The position numbers were made by a program, and so were the translations under genes. A DNA stretch of 64,000 bases from contig JAKBEU010000002.1 of the NCBI GenBank assembly GCA_021833625.1, positions 259,332 through 323,331 of the forward strand, given 5' to 3'. A model generated the notes under the pieces. The model saw only the letters and a list, made by a program, of their open reading frames with translations, did no database searches and had not been told where the DNA came from. Each line of letters starts with the position of its first letter. Within the stretch, counting starts at the first letter, position 1. This stretch comes from a bacterium (GTDB lineage: Bacteria > Patescibacteriota > Microgenomatia > UBA1406 > GWC2-37-13). Shown one piece after another: positions 18,497 to 26,344 of this stretch.

Positions 18497-19048
18497 ATGA
18501 CCGATTTGACACTGAATGATATTAAAAAAGATCTCCAAAAAGATGTGTACGTCCAGGATTATTCAAAGAAAAAGATGATTGACGGGGTGAAGGTAGTGGA
18601 AATACGCCGGATGGCCGGAGAAGACGGAACATTTGAAGATTTGCTTCGTCTTGATGAAACGGGACATTTTGAACTCTTTCCTGAAATACAGGTGAGGCAG
18701 ATAAATAGGTCAAAACTGCTCCCCGGTTCGATTAAAGCGTGGCATCTTCATTTTAAACAGGAAGATGTCTGGTATATCCCGCCGGAAGACCATATGATCT
18801 TGGGACTCTGGGATGTGAGGGAAAATTCGTCCACAAAAGACATGAAGATGAAAATCCCCATGGGGAACGGTATGTCAAGAGTCGTAGTAGTTCCAAGAGG
18901 GGTTGCTCACGGAGTAGTCAATGTGGCTTCAACACCGGGTACGATATTTTACTTTGTCAACGGACAGTTCAATATCAGCGACGCTGATGAGCGGCGCTTT
19001 AAATGGGACGCGATAGGCGCTTCCTTCTGGGAAGTTGAAAAAGGATAA
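18497..19048 (+). CDS. dTDP-4-dehydrorhamnose 3,5-epimerase-like cupin
   Basis: 183 aa with an RmlC-like pattern (WHLHFKQEDVWY ... VVVPRGVAHGVVN ... FYFVNGQFN). Confidence 0.7.
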   Translation: MTDLTLNDIKKDLQKDVYVQDYSKKKMIDGVKVVEIRRMAGEDGTFEDLLRLDETGHFELFPEIQVRQINRSKLLPGSIKAWHLHFKQEDVWYIPPEDHMILGLWDVRENSSTKDMKMKIPMGNGMSRVVVVPRGVAHGVVNVASTPGTIFYFVNGQFNISDADERRFKWDAIGASFWEVEKG

Positions 19049-19050
19049 TC

Positions 19051-20154
19051 TCACCGGATGAGTTCGGTGAATATACTTTCAACTGTTTTTAAATCCGATA
19101 TATTCGTGTATTCCTCTTTTGTATGTGCTGTTTGTTTGTTCCCCGGACCAAACGCAACCGCTTCACATCCCCACGCATTTGCCACAAACGACGCCTCAAA
19201 AAAGCCGGCACTGTTAAGCGGCGAATAGATAATGGGGTTTCCTGACTTTTTTACTACGTCTTCCAGTTTCTTCACATATTTCTTTTGTGAGTTGAAAGGC
19301 GGATAGTCGAGATTTATTTTTTCGTTTTCTACTGCGACTCCTAGTTTTTTTGCGATTGCTTCAATAAGAGCAAAAACGGTTTTTGCATTCACATTCTTTT
19401 TGCCTGTCCGTATATCAAGAAGAATTTGTGCTCCGTCCGGTACTGCGTTTGCCTGTATCCCTATCGTGTCGTTTTGCATAACGCCACCCCGCAGACTGCT
19501 TAAATTTACCGTTGTCCGTACGGGATCTTTGGCGTTAAACAATTTTGTTTCAAGAATTTTTACGAGTTCGACCGAAAGAGTGATGGCGTTTTTACCGTTT
19601 TTCGGAACTCCCGCGTGTGCCGTTTTTCCTTTCACCAGAAATTCTATTTCGACAACTCCGCGACAGCCACTTAAGATTTGAAGATCGGTCGGTTCAGGGA
19701 ATACCGCAAGACGCGGACGAAGCGACAACTCTTTGACAAGAGTAAGTGCTCCGCGGAAATAATATTCTTCATCACAGTCAAAAATAAGGGCAGCGTCCGC
19801 CCGGGGCCCTGCCTTTTGCACAGCACATAGTGCAGCGACAAGTCCTGACTTCATATCGCACGCGCCAAGACCGTACAATTTATTTCCAACAACCCTGGGG
19901 TTTAGTCTTTCTTCTTTTTTTCCTTGGGGCATGACGGTGTCCATGTGGGAAATAAAGACGACGGAAGGAGTATCGCTTTTTTTGGCGATAATGTTGTATC
20001 TTCCTTTGCTCACACACTGTCTTGTCTGTTTCAACCAGGGAATGTTTTTTCCAACATAGTCCCAAATAAAATCGGCAACTGGTTGTTCATTTTGTTGACC
20101 GTTTACGTAACTGGGCAATCGGATAAGTTGTTTTGTTAATTCAATAGTGTCCAT
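19051..20154 (-). CDS. M20-family metallopeptidase (ArgE/DapE-like)
   Basis: M20 motifs are present (VVFISHMDTV, GLGACDMKSG, FDCDEE). The start is set at ATG 20154 (MDTIELTKQL), 4 nt after the ABC ATPase stop. The longer ORF extension overlaps the upstream gene. Confidence 0.8.
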   Translation of the reverse strand: MDTIELTKQLIRLPSYVNGQQNEQPVADFIWDYVGKNIPWLKQTRQCVSKGRYNIIAKKSDTPSVVFISHMDTVMPQGKKEERLNPRVVGNKLYGLGACDMKSGLVAALCAVQKAGPRADAALIFDCDEEYYFRGALTLVKELSLRPRLAVFPEPTDLQILSGCRGVVEIEFLVKGKTAHAGVPKNGKNAITLSVELVKILETKLFNAKDPVRTTVNLSSLRGGVMQNDTIGIQANAVPDGAQILLDIRTGKKNVNAKTVFALIEAIAKKLGVAVENEKINLDYPPFNSQKKYVKKLEDVVKKSGNPIIYSPLNSAGFFEASFVANAWGCEAVAFGPGNKQTAHTKEEYTNISDLKTVESIFTELIR

Positions 20155-20158
20155 AAGG

Positions 20159-20866
20159 TCAGTTAAAAAGTTGAATAAATTTTTTAATACGTACATTTGT
20201 CTGACGCTCAAAAATATCCGTCGGGGAGCCCTTTGCAACAATTCTTCCTTTTTCCATAAAAATAACCGTGTCCGCAATCTGCCGTATAAACGCCATTTCA
20301 TGAGAAGCAATGACTATTGTCATATTATCGCGTGCCAACTGTCGTATAACGGAAAGCACTTCGTTTGTCAGCTCCGGGTCAAGGGCCGAGGTGGGTTCAT
20401 CAAACAAAAGCACTTCCGGATTCATGGCAAGGGCACGTGCTATCGCAACCCGTTGAGTCTGTCCTCCGGAGAGTTCGGAGGGGTACTGATTTGCCTTATC
20501 GGATAGTCCCACCTTTGCAAGAAGACGTTGTCCCGCTTGGTTTGCCTTGGATTTTGAAATGTTGTTGACGATTTGCGGGGCAAGTGTTATGTTTTCAAGC
20601 ACCGTTTTTTGCGGAAATAAATTAAAGTTCTGGAAAACGATGCCCGTCTTTGTCTGCATTTTGGCGTCGGTTATTTTTTTTGAATCAATGCATATTGTTC
20701 CCGAATCAATTTGCTCAAGATTGACAATACAGCGAAGGAGAGTGCTTTTCCCGGCACCTGAGGGCCCGATAAGTCCAATGACCTGGCCCTTTTTTATTTC
20801 AAGGGAAACGTCCTGTAATACGGGCGTATCTTTGAATTGTTTTGAAATATTTCGTACGGAAATCAT
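20159..20866 (-). CDS. Polar amino-acid ABC transporter ATP-binding protein
   Basis: 235 aa with Walker A GPSGAGKST, signature LSGGQTQRVAIARAL and Walker B LLFDEPTSALD. Confidence 0.9.
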   Translation of the reverse strand: MISVRNISKQFKDTPVLQDVSLEIKKGQVIGLIGPSGAGKSTLLRCIVNLEQIDSGTICIDSKKITDAKMQTKTGIVFQNFNLFPQKTVLENITLAPQIVNNISKSKANQAGQRLLAKVGLSDKANQYPSELSGGQTQRVAIARALAMNPEVLLFDEPTSALDPELTNEVLSVIRQLARDNMTIVIASHEMAFIRQIADTVIFMEKGRIVAKGSPTDIFERQTNVRIKKFIQLFN

Positions 20867-20872
20867 AAGATT

Positions 20873-21532
20873 TTATTTTGTATATTGAATGCGGAATCGG
20901 GAAGTTCTTTCTTCGATTTTTTTAAATAACAGGACAACGGCTCCGTTAAAGAGGAGATACAATATGCCGGCAATAATAAACGGTTCCATTGAAAAATCCC
21001 GCATAAGAATTACCCGGGCAGACTTCAGGATGTCATCCATTCCGATTGTTGAAAGAAGGGAAGTTCCCCAAATTGCCTCAATTGCCTGATTGCAAAGACT
21101 GGGAAGGGCCGTCACAAGAGCCTGCGGAAAAATGACGGTAAACATTATCTGGAAATAATTCATCCCGAGCACTTTTCCCGCCTCATACTGTCCCTTATCA
21201 ATTCCTTCGATGTTTCCGCGGATTATTTCACTCATATAAATAGTCCATGAGTTGATGAACGCAAGGGAGGCGGCACAAAAAGGGGAGAGCTGTATTTTGA
21301 ACATAATCGGTACTCCGAAATAAACAAATATAAGCTGAAACAAAAGGGGAGTCCCCCGGACCAGAGTCGTGTACACTCCCAGTATCGCATTCACAAAACG
21401 GTTATTCATTTTCCTGACGAATGCAACAAGGACGGCCAAGGGAAGAGAAAACACGACTGTTACAAGCCATACCAAGAATGTCACCAGTCCTCCTTGGAGT
21501 AAATAGAGTATTGTCGGTCCGAGGGTATTCAT
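20873..21532 (-). CDS. Polar amino-acid ABC transporter permease
   Basis: HisM/GlnP-type permease (EAIWGTSLLSTIGMDDILK region). The start is set at ATG 21532 (MNTLGPTILY). Confidence 0.85.
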   Translation of the reverse strand: MNTLGPTILYLLQGGLVTFLVWLVTVVFSLPLAVLVAFVRKMNNRFVNAILGVYTTLVRGTPLLFQLIFVYFGVPIMFKIQLSPFCAASLAFINSWTIYMSEIIRGNIEGIDKGQYEAGKVLGMNYFQIMFTVIFPQALVTALPSLCNQAIEAIWGTSLLSTIGMDDILKSARVILMRDFSMEPFIIAGILYLLFNGAVVLLFKKIEERTSRFRIQYTK

Positions 21533-21539
21533 ACAAAAA

Positions 21540-22343
21540 TTATTTAACAAGTAAATCGTCACTTCCAAACCATTTGATGGCGAGTGCATTAATACTTTTA
21601 TCCGCTTTCATTTGGGAGAGGGCTTGATTTATCTTTGTCTGTAGATCGGTATCGGACTTTCTCATCCCCACTCCGCTATATGTTGTTCCATAGTTGCCCG
21701 AAATAGCCTTGACTTTTGGGGCGTTCTTTAAAACTTGGGATGCCGTATAGAGACCCGCAAAATTATCGGCAAAGACGGCATCAACCCGTCCCGTTTTCAT
21801 GTCAAGAAGCGCTGCCTGTATGGTGTCATACGACTTGATTTCCTTAAAAGAACTTTTGAACGGATCCTTGGAAAGAGTGTCTTCTTGTTCCGATCCTGCC
21901 TGAAGTCCTATTGTTTTCCCCGCAAGGTCTTCTTTTTTGGTAACGGAAAAATCTTTTACGATAAAAACATTCTCCCCTTTCAGATAAGGATTTGAAAAAT
22001 TGATCTGTGCTTTCCGTTTGTCGGTTATGGTCATGCCGTTCCAAATAACATCGATATCCTTTTTGTTAAGACTTAAAATAACGCTGTCCCACACGACGGG
22101 TTTGAAAACAGGCGTGTATCCCATTCGTTTTATTGCTTCTCTTGCGAGCTCAACATCAAAGCCGGTAAGCTCGCCGCTTTTTGTCCTAAATCCAATAGGG
22201 GGGAAGGCGTCATCCAACCCGATAACTATTGTTTTTAACTCCTTAAATTGCTGCGTTTTTTTTGTTTTGTTGAATGCAAAAAAACCAAGCAAGATGAGAA
22301 CGACGAGAAAAATAGGTATTACTGTCTTTTTGTTTAGTTTCAT
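21540..22343 (-). CDS. Amino-acid ABC transporter substrate-binding protein (SBP family 3), N-terminally anchored
   Basis: SBP_bac_3-like (GFDVELAREAIKRMG, WNGMTITDKR). The start is set at ATG 22343 (MKLNKKTVIPIFLVVLILLGFF signal/anchor). The 85-codon upstream extension in the ORF track looks non-coding. Confidence 0.85.
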   Translation of the reverse strand: MKLNKKTVIPIFLVVLILLGFFAFNKTKKTQQFKELKTIVIGLDDAFPPIGFRTKSGELTGFDVELAREAIKRMGYTPVFKPVVWDSVILSLNKKDIDVIWNGMTITDKRKAQINFSNPYLKGENVFIVKDFSVTKKEDLAGKTIGLQAGSEQEDTLSKDPFKSSFKEIKSYDTIQAALLDMKTGRVDAVFADNFAGLYTASQVLKNAPKVKAISGNYGTTYSGVGMRKSDTDLQTKINQALSQMKADKSINALAIKWFGSDDLLVK

Positions 22344-22520
22344 AGAAAAATGTAAAAAATAATATGTAATATCAATCCTCCTCCGCCATGCTTCGGCGGA
22401 CAAAGAAAAACCCGCCGATAAGCGGGTATTTGTGTCTATAAAAATATACAAATAGTCCCGCCTATGACGGGCACGTATGGAGGAATTCCTGTTGCGGTGA
22501 TTGTTTAATTGACATGTTAG
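22344..22520 (-). promoter_or_regulatory. Candidate structured 5' leader (attenuator/riboswitch-like) of the ABC transporter operon
   Basis: About 170 nt lie between the putative promoter (TTGACA 22550-22545, TAACAT 22527-22522) and ATG 22343. The region holds three GC-rich hairpins with interchangeable arms, one followed by a U-tract. Confidence 0.4.
22400..22427 (-). terminator. Intrinsic-terminator-like hairpin inside the leader
   Basis: The minus strand reads ACCCGC-UUAUCG-GCGGGU followed by UUUUCUUUGU. That is a 6-bp GC stem (22410-22427) plus a U-rich tract (22400-22409). Confidence 0.45.
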
Positions 22521-22541
22521 TATGTTAACATAGTAACATGT
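22512..22541. promoter_or_regulatory. 30-bp near-perfect palindrome (candidate operator) between divergent promoters
   Basis: The sequence is ACATGTTAGTATGTT|AACATAGTAACATGT, with 28 of 30 positions symmetric. It covers the spacer and -10 of the minus-strand ABC promoter and abuts the -35 of the plus-strand TrpR-like gene. Confidence 0.55.
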
Positions 22542-22569
22542 TGCTGTCAAGTGTAGAATAGCGTATAAT
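22541..22569 (+). promoter_or_regulatory. Sigma70-like promoter of the TrpR-like gene (TTGCTG-17-TATAAT), ending 6 nt before the ATG
   Basis: TTGCTG at 22541-22546, TATAAT at 22564-22569 and the ATG at 22576. Confidence 0.5.
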
Positions 22570-22575
22570 ATCCAT

Positions 22576-22896
22576 ATGAAACAACCTCCTGAGTACAAAC
22601 AGGTAGAGCGGTATACCCCAACCGACAGAAAAGAAAAGCAGCTTATCAGGGCATTTTCACTCCTTAATGACGAAAAAATCGCATCCGCATTTCTTCGTGA
22701 CCTGCTGACTCAAGCGGAAATAGAAGAGTTTGCTAACAGGCTTGAAATCGTTTTTTTACTGAAAAAAGGATGGTCTTACCTTGATATCGCAAAGAAAACA
22801 AATGTCTCAACAACGACCGTTACCCGCGTAGCCCATTGGTTTTTCCATGGCTGCGGGGGCTACAAGACGATAGTCGATAAGCTTTCCGCCTCATAA
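22576..22896 (+). CDS. TrpR/YerC-YecD-family helix-turn-helix regulator
   Basis: 106 aa. It shows the pattern LLTQAEIEEFANRLEIVFLLKKGWSYLDIAKKTNVSTTTVTRV, typical of Trp-repressor-like proteins. Confidence 0.75.
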   Translation: MKQPPEYKQVERYTPTDRKEKQLIRAFSLLNDEKIASAFLRDLLTQAEIEEFANRLEIVFLLKKGWSYLDIAKKTNVSTTTVTRVAHWFFHGCGGYKTIVDKLSAS

Positions 22897-22939
22897 GTTC
22901 TTGCAATACTCTCTTCCCTTCTTGTAGTATGGTATATAT

Positions 22940-25114
22940 ATGGACAATCAACCAGGCGTGCCGCAACCCGTTACTTCTCCACCTTTAACTTCTCCCAAGC
23001 CTGAAATGCCGTCAAAAAAAATACTATTTCCCTATGCAGTTTTCCTTTCCATTCTGGTAGTCATTATTGTTATCGGAAGCTTGGTGTTGAAGGGGACAAA
23101 AAAAAGCTCTTCAACAGTTGTACCGACCGAAATACCGTTTGCTTCTACTTTTTTTGAATCCGATTCGATAAAGCATATAACTTCAAATGCGGAATTTGAA
23201 AAAATATTTTCTGAAGGGAAGGGGAACACCTCATCAACAGTCCTTATGAAGTCGGCAAATATGGCCGTTCCCTCAACCGGTGGGGGGAATGATCTGTTGG
23301 GACCGACGGCCGAGCGATCTTCAAGCACCAATGTCCAGGTCTTGGGGATTGATGAGCCTGATGTAGTAAAAACGGACGGTTCAACTATTTTTTACAGCAA
23401 AGAAAGCACGCTCTATTATCCGTACGACAGACCGCTGATGATGAACGGGGTGCAGTCGAAGATGATGCCGGGCTTCGGTCAAACCCAGGCAGAAACGGTG
23501 CTCGTTGGAGCACTCCCTCCCTCTGCCATGAAAATGAGAAGCTCACTCCCTGTTGCCGGTGACATGCTTATTGACAATAAAAATCTTGTGATCTTCGGTC
23601 AGTCCGATAAGGGAGCAGTACTTCTTACGGGGTACAATGTCGCAAATCCTGGAGCTCCGAAAAAACTGTGGGAACTTCCCTTTGATTCCCGTTCACAAAA
23701 GATAGCAGCGCGATTATATAAAAATAAAGTTTATCTTGTCGTCTCAACCTTTCCGTCCCTTACCCGTTCCTGTCCCATGCCCCTGTCAACGGGCGCCAAC
23801 AAAATACTTATTCAGTGTACTGATGTCTATATACCTTCAAGCCGACCGACAAGTGATGTCGTCTATACGACGCTGAAAATAAATCCGACAACGGGGGCAA
23901 TTGAAAAAAAGATGTCAATCACGGGTCAGTCCGATAATCCGATTGTGTATATGTCGGAAAATTCGCTCTATCTTAATTATCACGTTGAAGCGGACCTTGT
24001 CTCCATTCTTAATCAATATATTGCAGAAAACAGGGGAGTGTTCCCGGGATATATTGAAGACAAGATAAAAAAATTAGCGGCATATGATTTGTCCTCCGGA
24101 ACAAAGGAAGTAGAATTGTCGACTATTTTTTCACAGTACATTAATTCTCTTAATGATGACACGCGGCTTAAGGAAGAAAATAATTTGAGCAACTCCCTTT
24201 CCCGTTTCATGGATAAAAATCAACGGACATTTGCTTATACGGGAATTGTTAAATTCAATCTTGATGATCTGAGTATAGTTGCAAACGGAAAAGTTCCGGG
24301 GAGACTCATCAACCAATTCGCACTTGACGAATGGAAAGGTAATCTCCGTGTGGCAACCACAATCGGAGAGCGGGGACGGATGGGAGTGTTAGGCTTTAAC
24401 GCCTCCGACAACCAGGTAAGCGACGTGTATATTCTCAATAATAAACTGGAGGCACAGGGCTCAGTAAAAAACTTGGGTAAAACGGAACAGATATATTCCG
24501 TCCGGTTTATCGAAGACAGAGGCTATGTCGTGACGTTCCGTCAGACAGATCCGCTGTATGTCCTTGACCTGACAAGCAGCAGCGCTCCCGCATTGAAGGG
24601 CGAACTCAAAATTCCCGGATATTCATCATATTTGCATCCCTTAAGCTCACACCTTTTGCTTGGGATAGGACGCGATCAATCCCAGGTAAAGTTGTCGCTT
24701 TTTGATGTAAGCAACTCAAACGATCCGAAAGAAGTTTCCCACTATGCGCTTGCGAATGAATACTGGTCGGCAGCACTTGACGATCACCATGCGTTCATGC
24801 AGGATCCGAAGTACAGTATTTTTTTCCTTCCCGCAAGTCTCGGCGGATACGTATTTTCGTATGACGCAAACACCATTAATCTGGTGAAAGCCCTTGAAGG
24901 ACAGAATATCAAGCGCGCCCTATACCTGAATGACTATCTGTACATGGTAAGCGACTCAGGTATCTCGTCGTTCAAGGAAGGGACATGGGAGAAGACGGGA
25001 GATTTTTCATACGAAAAGCCAAAGCTTATCCCAACAGCCGTTCCTTTACCGGAGCCAGTCATCACGGGAGACGTAGAATTACTCAACGGTTCAAGTTCCG
25101 CAACGCCGCAATAA
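22940..25114 (+). CDS. Membrane-anchored secreted beta-propeller-domain protein
   Basis: 724 aa. It has a Pro-rich N-terminus, one TM (ILFPYAVFLSILVVIIVIGSLVL) and a C-terminal region. That region (VRFIEDRGYVVTFRQTDPLYVLDL ... LKIPGYSSYLHPL) resembles the Beta_propel family as I recall it. Confidence 0.65.
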   Translation: MDNQPGVPQPVTSPPLTSPKPEMPSKKILFPYAVFLSILVVIIVIGSLVLKGTKKSSSTVVPTEIPFASTFFESDSIKHITSNAEFEKIFSEGKGNTSSTVLMKSANMAVPSTGGGNDLLGPTAERSSSTNVQVLGIDEPDVVKTDGSTIFYSKESTLYYPYDRPLMMNGVQSKMMPGFGQTQAETVLVGALPPSAMKMRSSLPVAGDMLIDNKNLVIFGQSDKGAVLLTGYNVANPGAPKKLWELPFDSRSQKIAARLYKNKVYLVVSTFPSLTRSCPMPLSTGANKILIQCTDVYIPSSRPTSDVVYTTLKINPTTGAIEKKMSITGQSDNPIVYMSENSLYLNYHVEADLVSILNQYIAENRGVFPGYIEDKIKKLAAYDLSSGTKEVELSTIFSQYINSLNDDTRLKEENNLSNSLSRFMDKNQRTFAYTGIVKFNLDDLSIVANGKVPGRLINQFALDEWKGNLRVATTIGERGRMGVLGFNASDNQVSDVYILNNKLEAQGSVKNLGKTEQIYSVRFIEDRGYVVTFRQTDPLYVLDLTSSSAPALKGELKIPGYSSYLHPLSSHLLLGIGRDQSQVKLSLFDVSNSNDPKEVSHYALANEYWSAALDDHHAFMQDPKYSIFFLPASLGGYVFSYDANTINLVKALEGQNIKRALYLNDYLYMVSDSGISSFKEGTWEKTGDFSYEKPKLIPTAVPLPEPVITGDVELLNGSSSATPQ

Positions 25115-25116
25115 TA

Positions 25117-26319
25117 TTATTTCCAGTCGGGCTTGTAGTATTTTTTCCCGATAAGGTTTTTGGGCATATATTCTTGTTCTATCTTTTTCCCCGTTTCCTT
25201 TTCGATAAGCCACGGGTACCTCACATGTCCTTTCCCGTAGTCAAACTGTTTCATCACCTTATTGGCGGCGTTTCTAAGATGAAGGGGGATAGTATCTAGA
25301 TTTTTTTCATCGATATCAGCAAGTGCGCTCCACAGGCCCGTTGAGGATGCAATTGATTTGCGAGCGGAGGCGAGATAGGTTGCGGTCTGTGCAAGAATAA
25401 GTCCGGACTCAGGCATCCCGACCATATGCACCGCCTGCATGCAGGTAGTTGCAACCACAAGTGCCGTCGGAAGGGCGTTTCCAATATCTTCACTTGCAAA
25501 TATGACCATCCGCCGCGCAATAAAGACAGGATCTTCCCCTGCTTTTATCATGCGCGCAAGATAATGAAGAGTGGCATCGGGCTTGCTTCCCCGCATGCTT
25601 TTTATGAACGCGGAAATCGTATCATAATGTCCGTCTCCCTTTTTGTCATAATAAATTGCCTTCCGTTGCATTGCCTCTTCCGCAATTTTAAGCGTTATTG
25701 AGTGGGCAAGTCCTGCAGCAAGCTCAATGGCATTGATGGCAGTTCGGGCGTCTCCGTTTGAATACTTCACAAAATGAGCAACGGCGTCGGGATTCCATTT
25801 GTGTTTGGGATACTCTGCAATTGCCTTCAAAACTATCTCCTTCATCTCCTCATCGGTCAGTGCATAGAGTTTATAAACCTGTGAGCGGGAGATAAGGGGA
25901 GCGTTCACTTCAAATCCGGGGTTTTCGGTTGTTGCCCCGATAAGAATAATAGAGCCGTCTTCAACGTGAGGAAGGAATGCATCCTGTTGTCCTTTATTAA
26001 ATCTGTGGATTTCATCGACAAAAAGTACAGTTTGTTTCTTGAAAAGTGTCTGGTCGTTTTTTGCTTTTTTTATAATTTCGCGAATGTCGGCAACTCCTCC
26101 TGTTACTGCGGAGAACTGTACGAAGTCGGCATCAACATATTGGGCAACTAGCCGGGCAAGCGTTGTCTTGCCGCATCCTGGAGGACCCCACAGAATCATG
26201 GAAGAAATATGTCCTTTCTCAAGGAGTTTCCGGAGCGGTTTTCCGCGCCCCACCAGATGCGACTGTCCCACCACGTCATCAAGCGTTTTTGGTCTTAGCT
26301 GTTCGGCAAGCGGAATCAT
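25117..26319 (-). CDS. rarA: Replication-associated recombination protein A (AAA+ ATPase)
   Basis: 400 aa with Walker A GPPGCGKTT, Walker B VLFVDEIHRFNK and an MgsA-type C-terminal domain. Confidence 0.9.
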   Translation of the reverse strand: MIPLAEQLRPKTLDDVVGQSHLVGRGKPLRKLLEKGHISSMILWGPPGCGKTTLARLVAQYVDADFVQFSAVTGGVADIREIIKKAKNDQTLFKKQTVLFVDEIHRFNKGQQDAFLPHVEDGSIILIGATTENPGFEVNAPLISRSQVYKLYALTDEEMKEIVLKAIAEYPKHKWNPDAVAHFVKYSNGDARTAINAIELAAGLAHSITLKIAEEAMQRKAIYYDKKGDGHYDTISAFIKSMRGSKPDATLHYLARMIKAGEDPVFIARRMVIFASEDIGNALPTALVVATTCMQAVHMVGMPESGLILAQTATYLASARKSIASSTGLWSALADIDEKNLDTIPLHLRNAANKVMKQFDYGKGHVRYPWLIEKETGKKIEQEYMPKNLIGKKYYKPDWK

Positions 26320-26344
26320 ATCAACTTATTATACCTCTCTGCCC

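Noticed and set aside
22344-22381. A possible 11-codon leader peptide (TTG ATA TTA CAT ATT ATT TTT TAC ATT TTT CTA TGA) after the GGAGGAGG in the ABC leader. Its stop overlaps the SBP ATG.
   Set aside because: It has a non-ATG start only 0-4 nt from the purine tract, and there is no evidence that SD motifs are used in this genome. The GGAGG is more simply the tail of the last hairpin. I mention it only as something a conservation check could revisit.
22344-22598. An 85-codon upstream extension of the substrate-binding-protein ORF. Comparable 5' extensions occur at 20155..20310, 21533..21589, 10505..10555, 11599..11643 and 12690..12743.
   Set aside because: The extensions overlap upstream genes or the structured leader and have no signal-peptide logic. 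Internal ATGs give canonical N-termini and ATGA or short-gap coupling.
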